Source: a virus. From it: 64,000 bases of DNA. The position numbers and the translations under genes were made by a program. Under the pieces are notes generated by a model. It had not been told where the DNA came from. It worked only from the letters and a program-made list of their open reading frames with translations, and did not search any database. Each line of letters opens with the position of its first letter. Within the stretch, counting starts at the first letter, position 1. Of the stretch, positions 21,875 to 32,008 are shown piece after piece. The stretch covers positions 16,921 through 80,920 of the IMG/VR virus record IMGVR_UViG_3300020474_000004. One strand, 5' to 3'.

Positions 21875-22876
21875 ATGTTTGAATATTTTTACAACGAAAT
21901 TTTGAGGAGAACGATTATTTCGTTTGGTACTCTATTCAATTCTATCGAGATTAGACAAACAAATACAAGTGATAGCGTTGTAAATGTTGTCAGAGTTCCA
22001 TTAGCATATGGACCAACACAGAAATTCTTAGCGAGATTAGAACAGTCACCAGATTTAAATAAATCTACTTCTTTATCGTTACCTAGAATGTCGTTCGAGT
22101 TTACAGGACTGACATATGATCCGGGCAGAAAAGTAACAACCACCCAAACTTTTTTAGCAAAAGATAAAGATACTGGAACTGAAGTAAAGAAGGCATATAT
22201 GCCAGTTCCTTATAATATGCAATTTGAATTGAGCATTATGACTAAACTAAATGATGATGCACTTCAAATAGTTGAACAGATTCTTCCATATTTTCAACCA
22301 GCATATAATCTCACAATCGAACTAGTAGAAACTATAAAAGAAAAAAGAGATGTTCCAATCGTTTTAGAGAACATCACAATGCAAGATGACTATGAGGGAG
22401 ATTTTTCCTCCAGAAGAGTTTTACTTTATACTCTAAGATTTACTGCTAAGACTTACCTTTTTGGTCCTGTTTCTTCTGCATCCAAAGATATTATCAAAAA
22501 GTCTACTATCAATTATCGTACTGGAGTCGATACTACAAATACACAAAGAGAGATATCATACTCTGCAATCCCAAGAGCAACTAAAAATTATGTCGGTGAT
22601 GCAGCAACTACACTTACTGCTGATATTGATAAGACAACCAAAATTATCGAAGTTGCAAATGCAAGTGGTTTATCTGCCAACACATATATTGATATTGATG
22701 AGGAGCAAATCTTTATCAAGTCAATCACCGGCAATAAACTGACGGTCAGAAGAGGAGATGACAAGACAACAATTGCAGATCATCTTAATGGAGCATCAGT
22801 ATTTGTGATAGATTCCGCCGATAATGCTCAGATAGAAGTTGGCGATGATTTTGGATTCAGTGGAAGTTATTTCTGA
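21875..22876 (+). CDS. gp15: Tail sheath stabilizer / tail terminator
   Basis: MFEYFYNEILRRTIISFGTLFN, VPLAYGPTQKFLARL, LPRMSFE, QIVEQILPYFQP. Confidence 0.93.
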   Translation: MFEYFYNEILRRTIISFGTLFNSIEIRQTNTSDSVVNVVRVPLAYGPTQKFLARLEQSPDLNKSTSLSLPRMSFEFTGLTYDPGRKVTTTQTFLAKDKDTGTEVKKAYMPVPYNMQFELSIMTKLNDDALQIVEQILPYFQPAYNLTIELVETIKEKRDVPIVLENITMQDDYEGDFSSRRVLLYTLRFTAKTYLFGPVSSASKDIIKKSTINYRTGVDTTNTQREISYSAIPRATKNYVGDAATTLTADIDKTTKIIEVANASGLSANTYIDIDEEQIFIKSITGNKLTVRRGDDKTTIADHLNGASVFVIDSADNAQIEVGDDFGFSGSYF

Positions 22877-22877
22877 T

Positions 22878-23294
22878 ATGAAAAATAAATTTGATAGTTT
22901 AAATGACGAGTTCAATGTCGATGATGACATTGTTCAGACTGAAGTTGTTAAAAGTAAAATAGAAAATATTAAAAAAACTTCTGATGACATTAAAAAAGAT
23001 TATGATTACACACGAGGAAATCTGTATAGTATTATAGAGAAAGGTCAAGAGGCGATAAATGGTATACTTGAAATTGCTCAAGAAAGTGAGATGCCTAGAG
23101 CGTATGAGGTTGCTGGCCAGTTAATCAAAAATGTTGCTGATGCCACAGATAAATTAATGGAACTGCAGAAAAAATTAAAGGATGTTGAGGAAGAGTCTCA
23201 GAAAGGACCATCAACAGTAAATAATGCACTCTTTGTAGGATCTACTGCAGACTTAGCAAAGATGTTAAAAGGAATGAATGATTCAGATAAATAA
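22878..23294 (+). CDS. gp16: Terminase small subunit
   Basis: DYDYTRGNLYSIIEKGQEA, PRAYEVAGQLIK, NNALFVGSTADL; ATG 22878 preferred over the overlapping TTG 22839. Confidence 0.93.
   Translation: MKNKFDSLNDEFNVDDDIVQTEVVKSKIENIKKTSDDIKKDYDYTRGNLYSIIEKGQEAINGILEIAQESEMPRAYEVAGQLIKNVADATDKLMELQKKLKDVEEESQKGPSTVNNALFVGSTADLAKMLKGMNDSDK
23287..23293 (+). promoter_or_regulatory. Late promoter (ATAAATA)
   Basis: Late consensus 14 nt before ATG 23308. Confidence 0.6.
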
Positions 23295-23307
23295 CTAGAA
23301 ACGGAAG

Positions 23308-23643
23308 ATGTCAAATCCAGTACTTAATATAGTAATATCTCAAGGTTTTGATTTTGAAGAAACCTTCCAGTCAACTGAGGCTAATGGAACTACCAGTAAC
23401 TTGGCAGGATTTACTGCTTCCTCTGTGCTGAAAAAACACTCTGGTGCTTCTTCGTCTACACCATTTTCAGTTACTATTACTGGTAATACTGGAACTGTTG
23501 CAATTGCAATGACAAGTGGAAAGACAGTAGATTTGACTCCAGGAAGATATGTATATGACGTAAGATTAGTTTCATCAGCAGGAAAAGTATCAAGACTAGT
23601 TGAAGGAATGGCGTTAGTTACTCCTGGTATCACTACTTCATAA
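23308..23643 (+). CDS. Small beta-sandwich virion protein (fibre adaptor/BppU N-terminal-like)
   Basis: NIVISQGFDF...NLAGFTASSVLKKH...LTPGRYVYDV...RLVEG.A.VTPG pattern seen at the head of myovirus fibre clusters. Confidence 0.7.
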   Translation: MSNPVLNIVISQGFDFEETFQSTEANGTTSNLAGFTASSVLKKHSGASSSTPFSVTITGNTGTVAIAMTSGKTVDLTPGRYVYDVRLVSSAGKVSRLVEGMALVTPGITTS

Positions 23644-23646
23644 ATA
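23640..23646 (+). promoter_or_regulatory. Late promoter (ATAAATA)
   Basis: Late consensus overlapping upstream TAA. Confidence 0.55.
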
Positions 23647-23663
23647 AAAATAAAATCCGTTCC

Positions 23664-23963
23664 ATGGCTAGAATAGTAACTAAAAAGACCACAAGAACGA
23701 GATCAGTTCAGTCAGTAAAACCAGTGTCTAATCTGGAAGAATTGTCTGATGTAAATATCACTGGCGCACCGGATGCGTCGGTAGATGGGCATTTACTGAG
23801 TTTTGACTCAGCATCTAATAGTTTTGTTTTGATATCTCCCGATGAATACTTATCTAATACTGTAGCAGATGGAGATATTCCAGATCCATTTGTTACCCAG
23901 TTAGAAGGCGAACTTAACTTGGGAGACTTGCAGATTGAAAATCTTGATGGTGGTGCGTTCTAA
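23664..23963 (+). CDS. Small fibre-associated protein ending in LDGGAF
   Basis: 99 aa, LEELSDVN...DGHLLSFDS motif; paralogous to next ORF. Confidence 0.75.
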   Translation: MARIVTKKTTRTRSVQSVKPVSNLEELSDVNITGAPDASVDGHLLSFDSASNSFVLISPDEYLSNTVADGDIPDPFVTQLEGELNLGDLQIENLDGGAF

Positions 23964-24202
23964 TGTCAGTTCGTAGACTTCAAGATTTTGACAATACTAA
24001 TTTTGGGTCATTAGATTCTGGTAAAGATAAAGATGTTGTTTTCTTTAATACGACAACTGGAAATTTTGAATTAAGAAAAATTGGACAAACTTTAACAGCA
24101 TCTACATCTACTGGTACTCCTTCAGCATTAGTCGATCAAATCGAGAGTGAACTCGATATTAGTAAGATTGATTTTAGAGGAATAGACGGAGGAGAATTTT
24201 GA
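23963..24202 (+). CDS. Small fibre-associated protein ending in IDGGEF
   Basis: 79 aa, TAATG overlap with previous ORF, aligns with it by eye. Confidence 0.75.
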   Translation: MSVRRLQDFDNTNFGSLDSGKDKDVVFFNTTTGNFELRKIGQTLTASTSTGTPSALVDQIESELDISKIDFRGIDGGEF

Positions 24203-24209
24203 CTAAATA
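24203..24209 (+). promoter_or_regulatory. Late promoter (CTAAATA)
   Basis: Late consensus directly after the stop, upstream of fibre gene 24239. Confidence 0.6.
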
Positions 24210-24238
24210 ATACTAACGATATATTGTAAATACACGAG

Positions 24239-27200
24239 ATGCCCGCACCTGTAATTCAGTTTAAACGTGGTATTCTTGCCAATCTACCCGCACTGAGGGC
24301 AGGTGAACCAGGTTTTACCACAGATACTAGCGATTTATATGTTGGTATTGACTCTACCACAAGTAATAATCAATTTGTAGGATCAGGAAGATTTTGGTCC
24401 ACTGGATCTGCTACTGTAGGTAGTGGAGTCAAACTTGTCGAAGGCACTAATAATGGAACTAGTGCAATAACAATCAAGGCACCAAATAGTCTTGGTTCTG
24501 ATGTTACATTCACCTTTCCGGGATCTGATGGAACTAACGGTCAGGTTCTATCAACGAATGGTTCTGGGACATTATCTTTTATTGATTCTGCCGCAACGCT
24601 AAACATTGTAGGTGATTCAGGATCTGATGCTGTTGCACTTCTTTCAGATAACCTGACCTTTAGTGGAACTTCAAACGAAGTTGTTACTGCAGTCACGAAT
24701 AATACGATAACCATAAGTCTGCCTGATGACGTAACAATCGGTCAAGATTTAACTGTTACTAGAGATTTATCAGTTAATAGAAATGTCGCTATTACTGGAA
24801 ACACAGTATTAAGTAGCACTGGTTCTATTCAGATTCCAAAAGGAACAACTGCTCAGAGATTAAGCGGTGTTCTTGGTCAAATCAGATATAACACAACCTT
24901 ATCACAGTTTGAGGGATATGGTGCTGGTAACGCATGGGGATCTCTTGGTGGCGTAAAAGACGTAGATGGGGATACATTTATCAGAGCAGAATCTGCTGCT
25001 GGACAGGATGAAGATTCGCTTGAGTTCTTAACGGGAAGCAGCGTTAGAGTTTCGATTGACTCTGTTGGTAACGTTGGTGTTGGAACTACCGGTGGTCCCA
25101 GTGCAGATTCTACAAACGATACAGTGCTTAATGTTGGTATCGTTACTGCAAACAACTATTATGGAACTGGTGGAGATCTCAAGTTGGGATCTGCTGGTGA
25201 CGGAAGTTTAACTACATCTGGAGCACTTAATACGTTTACAACGGCATCAACTATTGTTAATAGTATTGATGATCTGAATGAAGTAGCATTCAATATCATT
25301 AAGAATACTGCTGTAACAGATGTTGGATTTACAGCAGACTCTACTTCAGGTGCTGCAACACTTACAGTTACTTTAACTATCACCTCTTCTGGCAACGCAA
25401 ACCAGTTTATTATCAACTGGGGTGACGGAAGTGCATTAGAAACAACCACAGACTCTACACCAACACACAACTATACTGATTCTGGTGGTGGTACTTATAA
25501 TGTAACAGTCATAGCAAGGAACTCTTCTGGTGTAGGTGCAGGTCACTCCCAATCTTTGACAAAGAGTAATTTTATTACAGTATTCACTCCTGCTCCTGTA
25601 ATGGGATTCAGTTTGTTCAGGGCATCCTCTGGCGGATCAGCACTGAGTGGAAATGACCTCTATGTCATCGATAATGGCGGTGGTCCTAGTAACTATCATA
25701 CTCTGCATCTTGACAACACTACACAAAATGCAACGGGTGTTGGTGCAACATTCACAATCAACTGGGGAGATGGATCTTCTGTACAAACTGTAACCACTGA
25801 TAATGCTGCTGGTGGCGCAGGTGGATCTGCTGGAAGACTTTCTCACCAGTGGGCAGATGGTACAAGCAGTGGCACTAGCACAGATAACGTCACTCTTACT
25901 ATTACTAACCATACAACAACTGATCCATCTGAGATTCCAAAGGCCACATCGACAGCGATCAAGGTTTACCAAGATGATGTTGCTGCTCCTGCTAATCTTG
26001 GAACTAAGACACTTTCGAACGTTTCCAGTCAAGGAACTTCGCCAAGACTCGCATCTGGATTTTCTGCTAACGGGGTAAGTGGACTCAACGCTGGTGATTC
26101 TGTCACAAGAGTCTCTAGTGGAACAGCAACTGCTGGTCCTATAACAACCTTTGCTTATGATGGAAATAACGGAACACTCTCTGCTAATGTAACTGGATCC
26201 ACTGATGGTAGCAGGGGACTTACTTCTGGTGATGACACTGGAAACTATACAAGTCTTCAGATCACCGATGAAAGTGATTATCAACTCTTAGATTCTTCTG
26301 GTTCAACAACATCTTTCGCAAACAGCATTTACTATCCCGGACTTTACAAAGGATTTAAGGCAAGAGTTTCTAAATCTGTTGCTTCTCTATCGACCGGTGC
26401 AAACAGTATGCAACTGGTTCATAGCACTCAGGGTTCAACAAACGTTGTCAAGTTTGTAAAGGACAACCTAACTGCAAGTCCAAGCATCTCTGCAACAGGA
26501 AGTCTTGCTCAGGGAACCGCAGGAACATTTAGATATATCTCTGGTATTCCTTACTACAACTCTGGTTCTCCTACTTTAACTCTCTCTGGAGTTACTATTT
26601 CTAATTTAGTTGGTCAGTGTCATACTAACCAGTCAAATATTGTTGAGGTAGATGATGGAAGCAACCAAGAGGGAACATCATCAAACGCAATTACTAACAC
26701 AGATTATACATATGCCCAGATTGATGGGTCTACAACCATGTTAAGTAGTGGTGTGCCACTCGCCAATACGGGAACTTCCTCTGCATATGCAATTGGTAAT
26801 CTCACAGTTCCAATTACTTCTTCAAGTGTCAGAACTATTAGTAGAGTCAAGGCTCGTGCTCGTAATGTAAATGGTGTTGGTTCTTACGGGTCTGACATTA
26901 CTACAAACGTTCAGGTTCATACAGCATCACAAAGCGGAATTAGTGAGATCGCGATTGCAGTTTCTGATTCTCTGGGTGATGGATTTGATGATGATGGAGT
27001 AAGAATCTATGACTTTAAGGATGCTGCTGCCGATAATCCATCATTTAACGGAAGCACAAACTTCTATACAAATCAACCATATACTGAGTCATTAGCTTCT
27101 GGAACTGTTGGCGTGAAAGAAGCAATCCTCAGACTTGGAGTTATCAAGTTTGACCAGACAGATTTCTCTTCTGGATATCTCCCTGCAGGTCCAGATAGAA

Positions 27201-27589
27201 GTTCTGCTCCTGCGAAACAATATTTCACGTTTGCCTTCCGACGAACACCGCTTGCTAACTTCAATATAAATATTACATCAAGTGGGATAACAGGTCTCTG
27301 GATAGCAGCACCTGGAACTCAGATAGATAGTACTAGTGGTATCAATGGTTGGTTAAAGGCGGATACTCAATACGCTGGATCCGGAATTCCTGGAAGCGGC
27401 ACAGGTGGTAATGGTAGTGATGGATGTGCTTCAACTGGTTCTGATAGAATTCAAGCAGATACTGCATTAAGTGGAAGTTATACAATGACTCTTGGATCAG
27501 AAAACCTCAGTAATGCTACTGGTAATGTTGTTTTGATAAGAATTGCATTAGATTCTGGTCAATCCGTAACAGCTCTTTCCGTATCCTAA
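24239..27589 (+). CDS. Fibre/virion structural protein with two PKD-like domains
   Basis: N-terminal IQFKRG..L.AGEPGFTTD..LYVG fibre motif; IQIPKGTTAQR..GQIRYN..FEGY motif; two INWGDG..H.Y/W PKD-like signatures. Confidence 0.8.
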   Translation: MPAPVIQFKRGILANLPALRAGEPGFTTDTSDLYVGIDSTTSNNQFVGSGRFWSTGSATVGSGVKLVEGTNNGTSAITIKAPNSLGSDVTFTFPGSDGTNGQVLSTNGSGTLSFIDSAATLNIVGDSGSDAVALLSDNLTFSGTSNEVVTAVTNNTITISLPDDVTIGQDLTVTRDLSVNRNVAITGNTVLSSTGSIQIPKGTTAQRLSGVLGQIRYNTTLSQFEGYGAGNAWGSLGGVKDVDGDTFIRAESAAGQDEDSLEFLTGSSVRVSIDSVGNVGVGTTGGPSADSTNDTVLNVGIVTANNYYGTGGDLKLGSAGDGSLTTSGALNTFTTASTIVNSIDDLNEVAFNIIKNTAVTDVGFTADSTSGAATLTVTLTITSSGNANQFIINWGDGSALETTTDSTPTHNYTDSGGGTYNVTVIARNSSGVGAGHSQSLTKSNFITVFTPAPVMGFSLFRASSGGSALSGNDLYVIDNGGGPSNYHTLHLDNTTQNATGVGATFTINWGDGSSVQTVTTDNAAGGAGGSAGRLSHQWADGTSSGTSTDNVTLTITNHTTTDPSEIPKATSTAIKVYQDDVAAPANLGTKTLSNVSSQGTSPRLASGFSANGVSGLNAGDSVTRVSSGTATAGPITTFAYDGNNGTLSANVTGSTDGSRGLTSGDDTGNYTSLQITDESDYQLLDSSGSTTSFANSIYYPGLYKGFKARVSKSVASLSTGANSMQLVHSTQGSTNVVKFVKDNLTASPSISATGSLAQGTAGTFRYISGIPYYNSGSPTLTLSGVTISNLVGQCHTNQSNIVEVDDGSNQEGTSSNAITNTDYTYAQIDGSTTMLSSGVPLANTGTSSAYAIGNLTVPITSSSVRTISRVKARARNVNGVGSYGSDITTNVQVHTASQSGISEIAIAVSDSLGDGFDDDGVRIYDFKDAAADNPSFNGSTNFYTNQPYTESLASGTVGVKEAILRLGVIKFDQTDFSSGYLPAGPDRSSAPAKQYFTFAFRRTPLANFNINITSSGITGLWIAAPGTQIDSTSGINGWLKADTQYAGSGIPGSGTGGNGSDGCASTGSDRIQADTALSGSYTMTLGSENLSNATGNVVLIRIALDSGQSVTALSVS

Positions 27590-27602
27590 GGTTATTAAGT
27601 AA

Positions 27603-30600
27603 ATGGCAATTTCAGAAGCACAAAAGGTTGACTTTCTTTGGAAGAAACTTGGTTACGGAGTTTCCAAGACCGATACTAATGCCAACAAGAAGGCAACTAA
27701 TGAATCAATAGCAAGTCCTCTACTTCTAAGAGGAAATAATGTATGGTCTCAGGCAGACCTAATCCCTGGCACAATGCCAGCATCTTCTGCTGGTGTAGTT
27801 ACTGTATATCCAACGACTGCACCAGATGAAACTACAGCAGATGCATCGGCATCATCTAATAGAACTTGGAAAACTGGATTAACTGATTGGATACCACCAG
27901 AGATTGGATCAACTTATCTTGTAAAGGTATATGTTCATACTGCTGGCGATGCTGCTAATGCTGCTGGTAGTGGAACTCAGGTATTTGGTGCTGGTTCTGG
28001 TAACAATGACGAATGGTTCTTTGACTATCAATCGGGCACTTTACACTTTATTGGAACAAATCTTCCAAACGGTGTAAATTTTTCTGGAAAGAGTGTTTAC
28101 GTAAGTGGTGCAAGATATACCGGTATTAAAGGTGTATCTGTTCCTGGATCTACCGCGACATTTAGTGATGTTAATGCAACTGGTATTGGTACATTCCAAT
28201 CTGGTGGTAGATTAGATGACGTTCAGATTGGTAGAACTGCAGCTAATGAGATTGATACAACGGCAGGAAATCTTATCTTAGATTCTGCTGGTGGAACAGT
28301 TCAGATTACTGACAATGCATCTGTTACCGGTAATACAACACTTAGTGGAACACTAGATGTAGATGGGCAGACTGATTTAGATGTATTAAACGTTGCTGAG
28401 ACCGCCACATTTAGTGCTGCAATCGACGCAAATGGGTCTTTGGATGTCGATGGTCATACAGAACTTGATGACGTTAATATCGCTGGTATAGCAACCGCTA
28501 CGGCAGTTCATTTAGGTGCTGAGGGATCGGCACTTCGTCTTACCACTAATACAATTTCTGGTCCTGCGACTATTACGATTGACCCTGCTGGTGTCGGAGA
28601 TAACACAGGAACACTCGTTGTTGCTGGTAATCTCCAAGTTGACGGAACACAAACTACCATCAACTCAACGACAGTCAATATAGACGATAAAAACATTCAG
28701 GTTGCCACTGGTGCTGCTAATGACGCAGCTGCTGATGGTGCTGGTATTACGGTTGATTCTGGTGAGGGAGACAAGACGTTCCAGTTTGAAGCAACCGGTG
28801 ATAACTGGGGTGCATCAGAGAATTTAAATCTTGCCTCTGGTAAAGCATATAAGATTAATAACACAAGCGTTCTTAACGCTACAACTCTTGGTGGAGCAGT
28901 TGTAAACTCTTCACTTACAAGTGTTGGAACTCTTACTGGTCTTACGGTTTCAGGTAATGCATCTGTTGAGGGTAATGTAGATCTTGGTAACGCTACCTCG
29001 GATACAATCACTGCAACTGGTAGATTTGACAGTGATTTAGTTCCATCTTCAGATGATGCAAGAGACTTAGGAACTTCTGCATTAAAGTGGAAAGATATTT
29101 ACATTGATGGTGTTGCATATGTTGATGATATTCACGCTGCAGATTGTGATATTAATGGTGGTAGCATCGATGGTGCTGCGATTGGTGCTAACTCTGCCTC
29201 GACTGGTGCTTTTACAAGTGTCACTGCAAGTGGTAATGCTACGGTAACAGGCAATATAGATGTAGATGGACATACAAATCTCGATAACGTAAGTATTGCA
29301 GGTCTCACAACTCATGCTGCTGGAGTAACATTCTCTGGTGCAATTGATGCTAACTCTACTGCTACATTTGCTACAGCAGTTATAGAAGATCTCACCAACA
29401 ATCGTGTAGTTATTGCTGGTTCTGGTGGAGAACTCGAAGATAGTGCAAATCTTACCTTTGATGGGTCAACTCTTAATGTTGTCGGACTTGCAGATCTTGA
29501 TAATGTAAATGTATCGAGTGCTGCAACTGTATCAACACTAATTGATGTTCAGGGTTATATAAAGGGATATAAGTTCCTCTCTGCTCCTTACGGAAGCACA
29601 ACAACAATTACTGTTACTGTTGCGAGTAAAGATGCAACTCACAGATACCAAGGAACTGGTAGTGGATCTGGATATTTACTAGACGGAGTTCAATCTCCAA
29701 TTCTCACGTTAACTCCAGGTAGAACTTACAGATTCGATACATCACATACAAGTAACGGTGGTCACCCATTCCTCTTCTATATGGAAGCGGATAAGACTAC
29801 TCAGTATACTACAAACGTTACCACAAACGGCACAGCAGGTAATGCTGGAGCATACACGCAGATTGTAGTCGGAGATGAAACTCCATCGGTTCTCCACTAT
29901 CAGTGCTCTGCTCATGGTTACATGGGTAACGCTGTTGTTACCAACTCTAATGCAATTAACTCAAACTATGCCGCAACTCTTCGCGGTGGATTGAGTGTTA
30001 CTGGAACAACAACGCTTGGAACTCTCGCATTCTCTGCTGGTGGTTCTTCGGTAACTGGTGTTCTTGATGAAGATAATTTTGCAAGCAACAGCAATACTAA
30101 ACTCGCGACTCAACAATCAATCAAGGCATATGTTGATTCTCAAATCACTGGATCTGATTTAGATTTCCAAGGCGATAGTGGTGGCGCACTTTCTATCGAT
30201 CTTGATAGTGAAACTCTGACGATTGCTGGAACAGCAAATGAGATTGTAACATCTGGATCTGGAAATACATTGACTATTAGTCTTCCAACCACAGTTACCA
30301 ATGATAATTTCCAAACCACTGCTGCTGGTAGAGTTACTACTGGTCTTATTGCGTCCGAAAACAATACAGATGGATTAACATTAGCAACTGGTGGTGGCAA
30401 AAAGTGGTTAAAAGGAACTGCTAATGCACAAGTTGAACTTTTTCATAATAATAATAAAAAATTTGAAACTACTTCATCCGGTGTTATCGTTACTGGCATT
30501 TCATCTGCAACAAGTTTAAGATTAGGCACTAGCACATTAGTAAGTGGTGTTCTTGATGAGGACAACTTGGCAAGTGACAGTGCCACTTCGCTTGCAACTC

Positions 30601-31598
30601 AACAGTCTATCAAGGCATATGTTGATGGTCAAATAACTGGTGGTACTGCACAAGCTGCTAGTGTTGCTGTTCAATCAACAAGCACCAACTCGATTCACTA
30701 TTTGACATTTGTCGATTCAAACAACGGCAGTGCAACTCAGGAATCACTTCTCACTGATGGTGGTATTCAATACAATCCTAGTTCCAATCTTTTAAATGCA
30801 ACTGGTACAGTTGCTGCTGGAACTTTAAGTCTTGGATCGGGAACTGCTACTGCGATTCTTGATGAAGATAATATGTCGTCAAATAGTGCAACAGCACTTG
30901 CGACACAACAATCAATCAAGGCATATGTTGATGCTGAGGTTGGTGCAGTTGATACCACAACATCAACCGCAGCAGATTCTGGAACAGGGTCATTCGCAAC
31001 TTCTCAAACTCTGACCATTTCTGGTACGGCAAATGAAGTTGAAACTTCTGTATCTAATCAAACCTTTACGATTGGACTTCCTAATACAGTTAATGTAACA
31101 ACTGCGATTGATGTTCCAACGATTGAAGCAACTAACCTCAAAGCAAGAGATGGCACAGCAGCAATCACAATCGCAAATAGCACTGGTGCTGTTGAAACTG
31201 CCGCTAATCTGACTGTTCAGGGTAATCTGATTGTTAATGGATCTACCACACAGGTTGATTCTCAAGCAGTCACTATTGAAGACCAACTCATTGAACTGGG
31301 TATGGTTAATGGTGCTGCTCCTACATCTGATCTCAACAGAGATGTCGGTGTTATATTCAACTGGCACGATGGTAGTAACGCATTTAAGGCAGGTGTTTAC
31401 TTTGATGATAGCACCGGTCGTATTGTTGCAGCAAAGAAAGTTTCTGAGTCTGGTGGAGTTCTCACCAATAATGAAGGATCAGGATTTGAGGCAGCAGAAT
31501 ACTATATCAGCGGATGCACTGGAACTCAAAGAATCTTTGGTTGCAATAGTGGAGAAATCATCCTGGAGAACACAACAATCGATGCTGGAGCGTTCTGA
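27603..31598 (+). CDS. Tail fibre-like protein
   Basis: 1331 aa Gly/Thr/Ser-rich; LDVDGHTELDDVN repeats; GNL.V.G..T.INST motif; PSVLHYQCSAHGYMG domain; three LDEDN..S.S.T.LATQQSIKAYVD repeats; ends IDAGAF. Confidence 0.85.
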   Translation: MAISEAQKVDFLWKKLGYGVSKTDTNANKKATNESIASPLLLRGNNVWSQADLIPGTMPASSAGVVTVYPTTAPDETTADASASSNRTWKTGLTDWIPPEIGSTYLVKVYVHTAGDAANAAGSGTQVFGAGSGNNDEWFFDYQSGTLHFIGTNLPNGVNFSGKSVYVSGARYTGIKGVSVPGSTATFSDVNATGIGTFQSGGRLDDVQIGRTAANEIDTTAGNLILDSAGGTVQITDNASVTGNTTLSGTLDVDGQTDLDVLNVAETATFSAAIDANGSLDVDGHTELDDVNIAGIATATAVHLGAEGSALRLTTNTISGPATITIDPAGVGDNTGTLVVAGNLQVDGTQTTINSTTVNIDDKNIQVATGAANDAAADGAGITVDSGEGDKTFQFEATGDNWGASENLNLASGKAYKINNTSVLNATTLGGAVVNSSLTSVGTLTGLTVSGNASVEGNVDLGNATSDTITATGRFDSDLVPSSDDARDLGTSALKWKDIYIDGVAYVDDIHAADCDINGGSIDGAAIGANSASTGAFTSVTASGNATVTGNIDVDGHTNLDNVSIAGLTTHAAGVTFSGAIDANSTATFATAVIEDLTNNRVVIAGSGGELEDSANLTFDGSTLNVVGLADLDNVNVSSAATVSTLIDVQGYIKGYKFLSAPYGSTTTITVTVASKDATHRYQGTGSGSGYLLDGVQSPILTLTPGRTYRFDTSHTSNGGHPFLFYMEADKTTQYTTNVTTNGTAGNAGAYTQIVVGDETPSVLHYQCSAHGYMGNAVVTNSNAINSNYAATLRGGLSVTGTTTLGTLAFSAGGSSVTGVLDEDNFASNSNTKLATQQSIKAYVDSQITGSDLDFQGDSGGALSIDLDSETLTIAGTANEIVTSGSGNTLTISLPTTVTNDNFQTTAAGRVTTGLIASENNTDGLTLATGGGKKWLKGTANAQVELFHNNNKKFETTSSGVIVTGISSATSLRLGTSTLVSGVLDEDNLASDSATSLATQQSIKAYVDGQITGGTAQAASVAVQSTSTNSIHYLTFVDSNNGSATQESLLTDGGIQYNPSSNLLNATGTVAAGTLSLGSGTATAILDEDNMSSNSATALATQQSIKAYVDAEVGAVDTTTSTAADSGTGSFATSQTLTISGTANEVETSVSNQTFTIGLPNTVNVTTAIDVPTIEATNLKARDGTAAITIANSTGAVETAANLTVQGNLIVNGSTTQVDSQAVTIEDQLIELGMVNGAAPTSDLNRDVGVIFNWHDGSNAFKAGVYFDDSTGRIVAAKKVSESGGVLTNNEGSGFEAAEYYISGCTGTQRIFGCNSGEIILENTTIDAGAF
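30282..30409 (+). repeat. 128-bp direct repeat, copy 1 (copy 2 at 38729-38856 in a different fibre gene)
   Basis: Hand alignment: 10 mismatches in 128 nt, no gaps, same reading frame (LPTTVTNDNF.TTAAGRVTTGLIAS.NNTDGLTLATGGGKKW). Confidence 0.9.
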
Positions 31599-31604
31599 TA
31601 AATA
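31598..31604 (+). promoter_or_regulatory. Late promoter (ATAAATA)
   Basis: Late consensus at the end of the fibre gene. Confidence 0.6.
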
Positions 31605-31625
31605 GGGGAAGAATGACTTCCTCAT

Positions 31626-31949
31626 ATGGATGAACAAGATTATAAAAATTTGATTGCGATTTATCAACAAAAAGCGCAAGATTTCTTCAATCAAACGGTT
31701 GCTGCTGAAACCAGAGAGATGAAGTATAAGCAGCAAGCAGAAGTCTATGCTAATAGAATTACTGAACTTCAGAAGCAGTTAGGTTCTGCAAGTGAGGCAG
31801 TAAATTCTAGTAACGAATCTGCTCGTTCTTTGAAAGAGCAACTTTCGCAAGTAACAAGAGAACTTGAAGAAGAAAGAAATAAACCAGCACCTACTCCCAC
31901 AAGGTCACGAAAGGCAAAATCAAAGGATTTAGTCGCCGAAGAGTTCTAA
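31626..31949 (+). CDS. Coiled-coil protein, possible fibre assembly chaperone
   Basis: 107 aa, helical heptad composition, lies between two fibre genes with its own late promoter. Confidence 0.7.
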   Translation: MDEQDYKNLIAIYQQKAQDFFNQTVAAETREMKYKQQAEVYANRITELQKQLGSASEAVNSSNESARSLKEQLSQVTRELEEERNKPAPTPTRSRKAKSKDLVAEEF

Positions 31950-31955
31950 TAAATA
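31949..31955 (+). promoter_or_regulatory. Late promoter (ATAAATA) for long fibre gene
   Basis: Late consensus overlapping upstream stop. Confidence 0.65.
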
Positions 31956-31963
31956 TCTAAAGC

Positions 31964-31979
31964 ACCAGTATATACTGGT
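31964..31979. repeat. Perfect 16-bp palindrome ACCAGTATATACTGGT
   Basis: Read directly; lies in the 5' UTR of the 2411-aa fibre gene. Confidence 0.85.
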
Positions 31980-32008
31980 CATAGAATGACTACATAGACG
32001 CATAAAAA

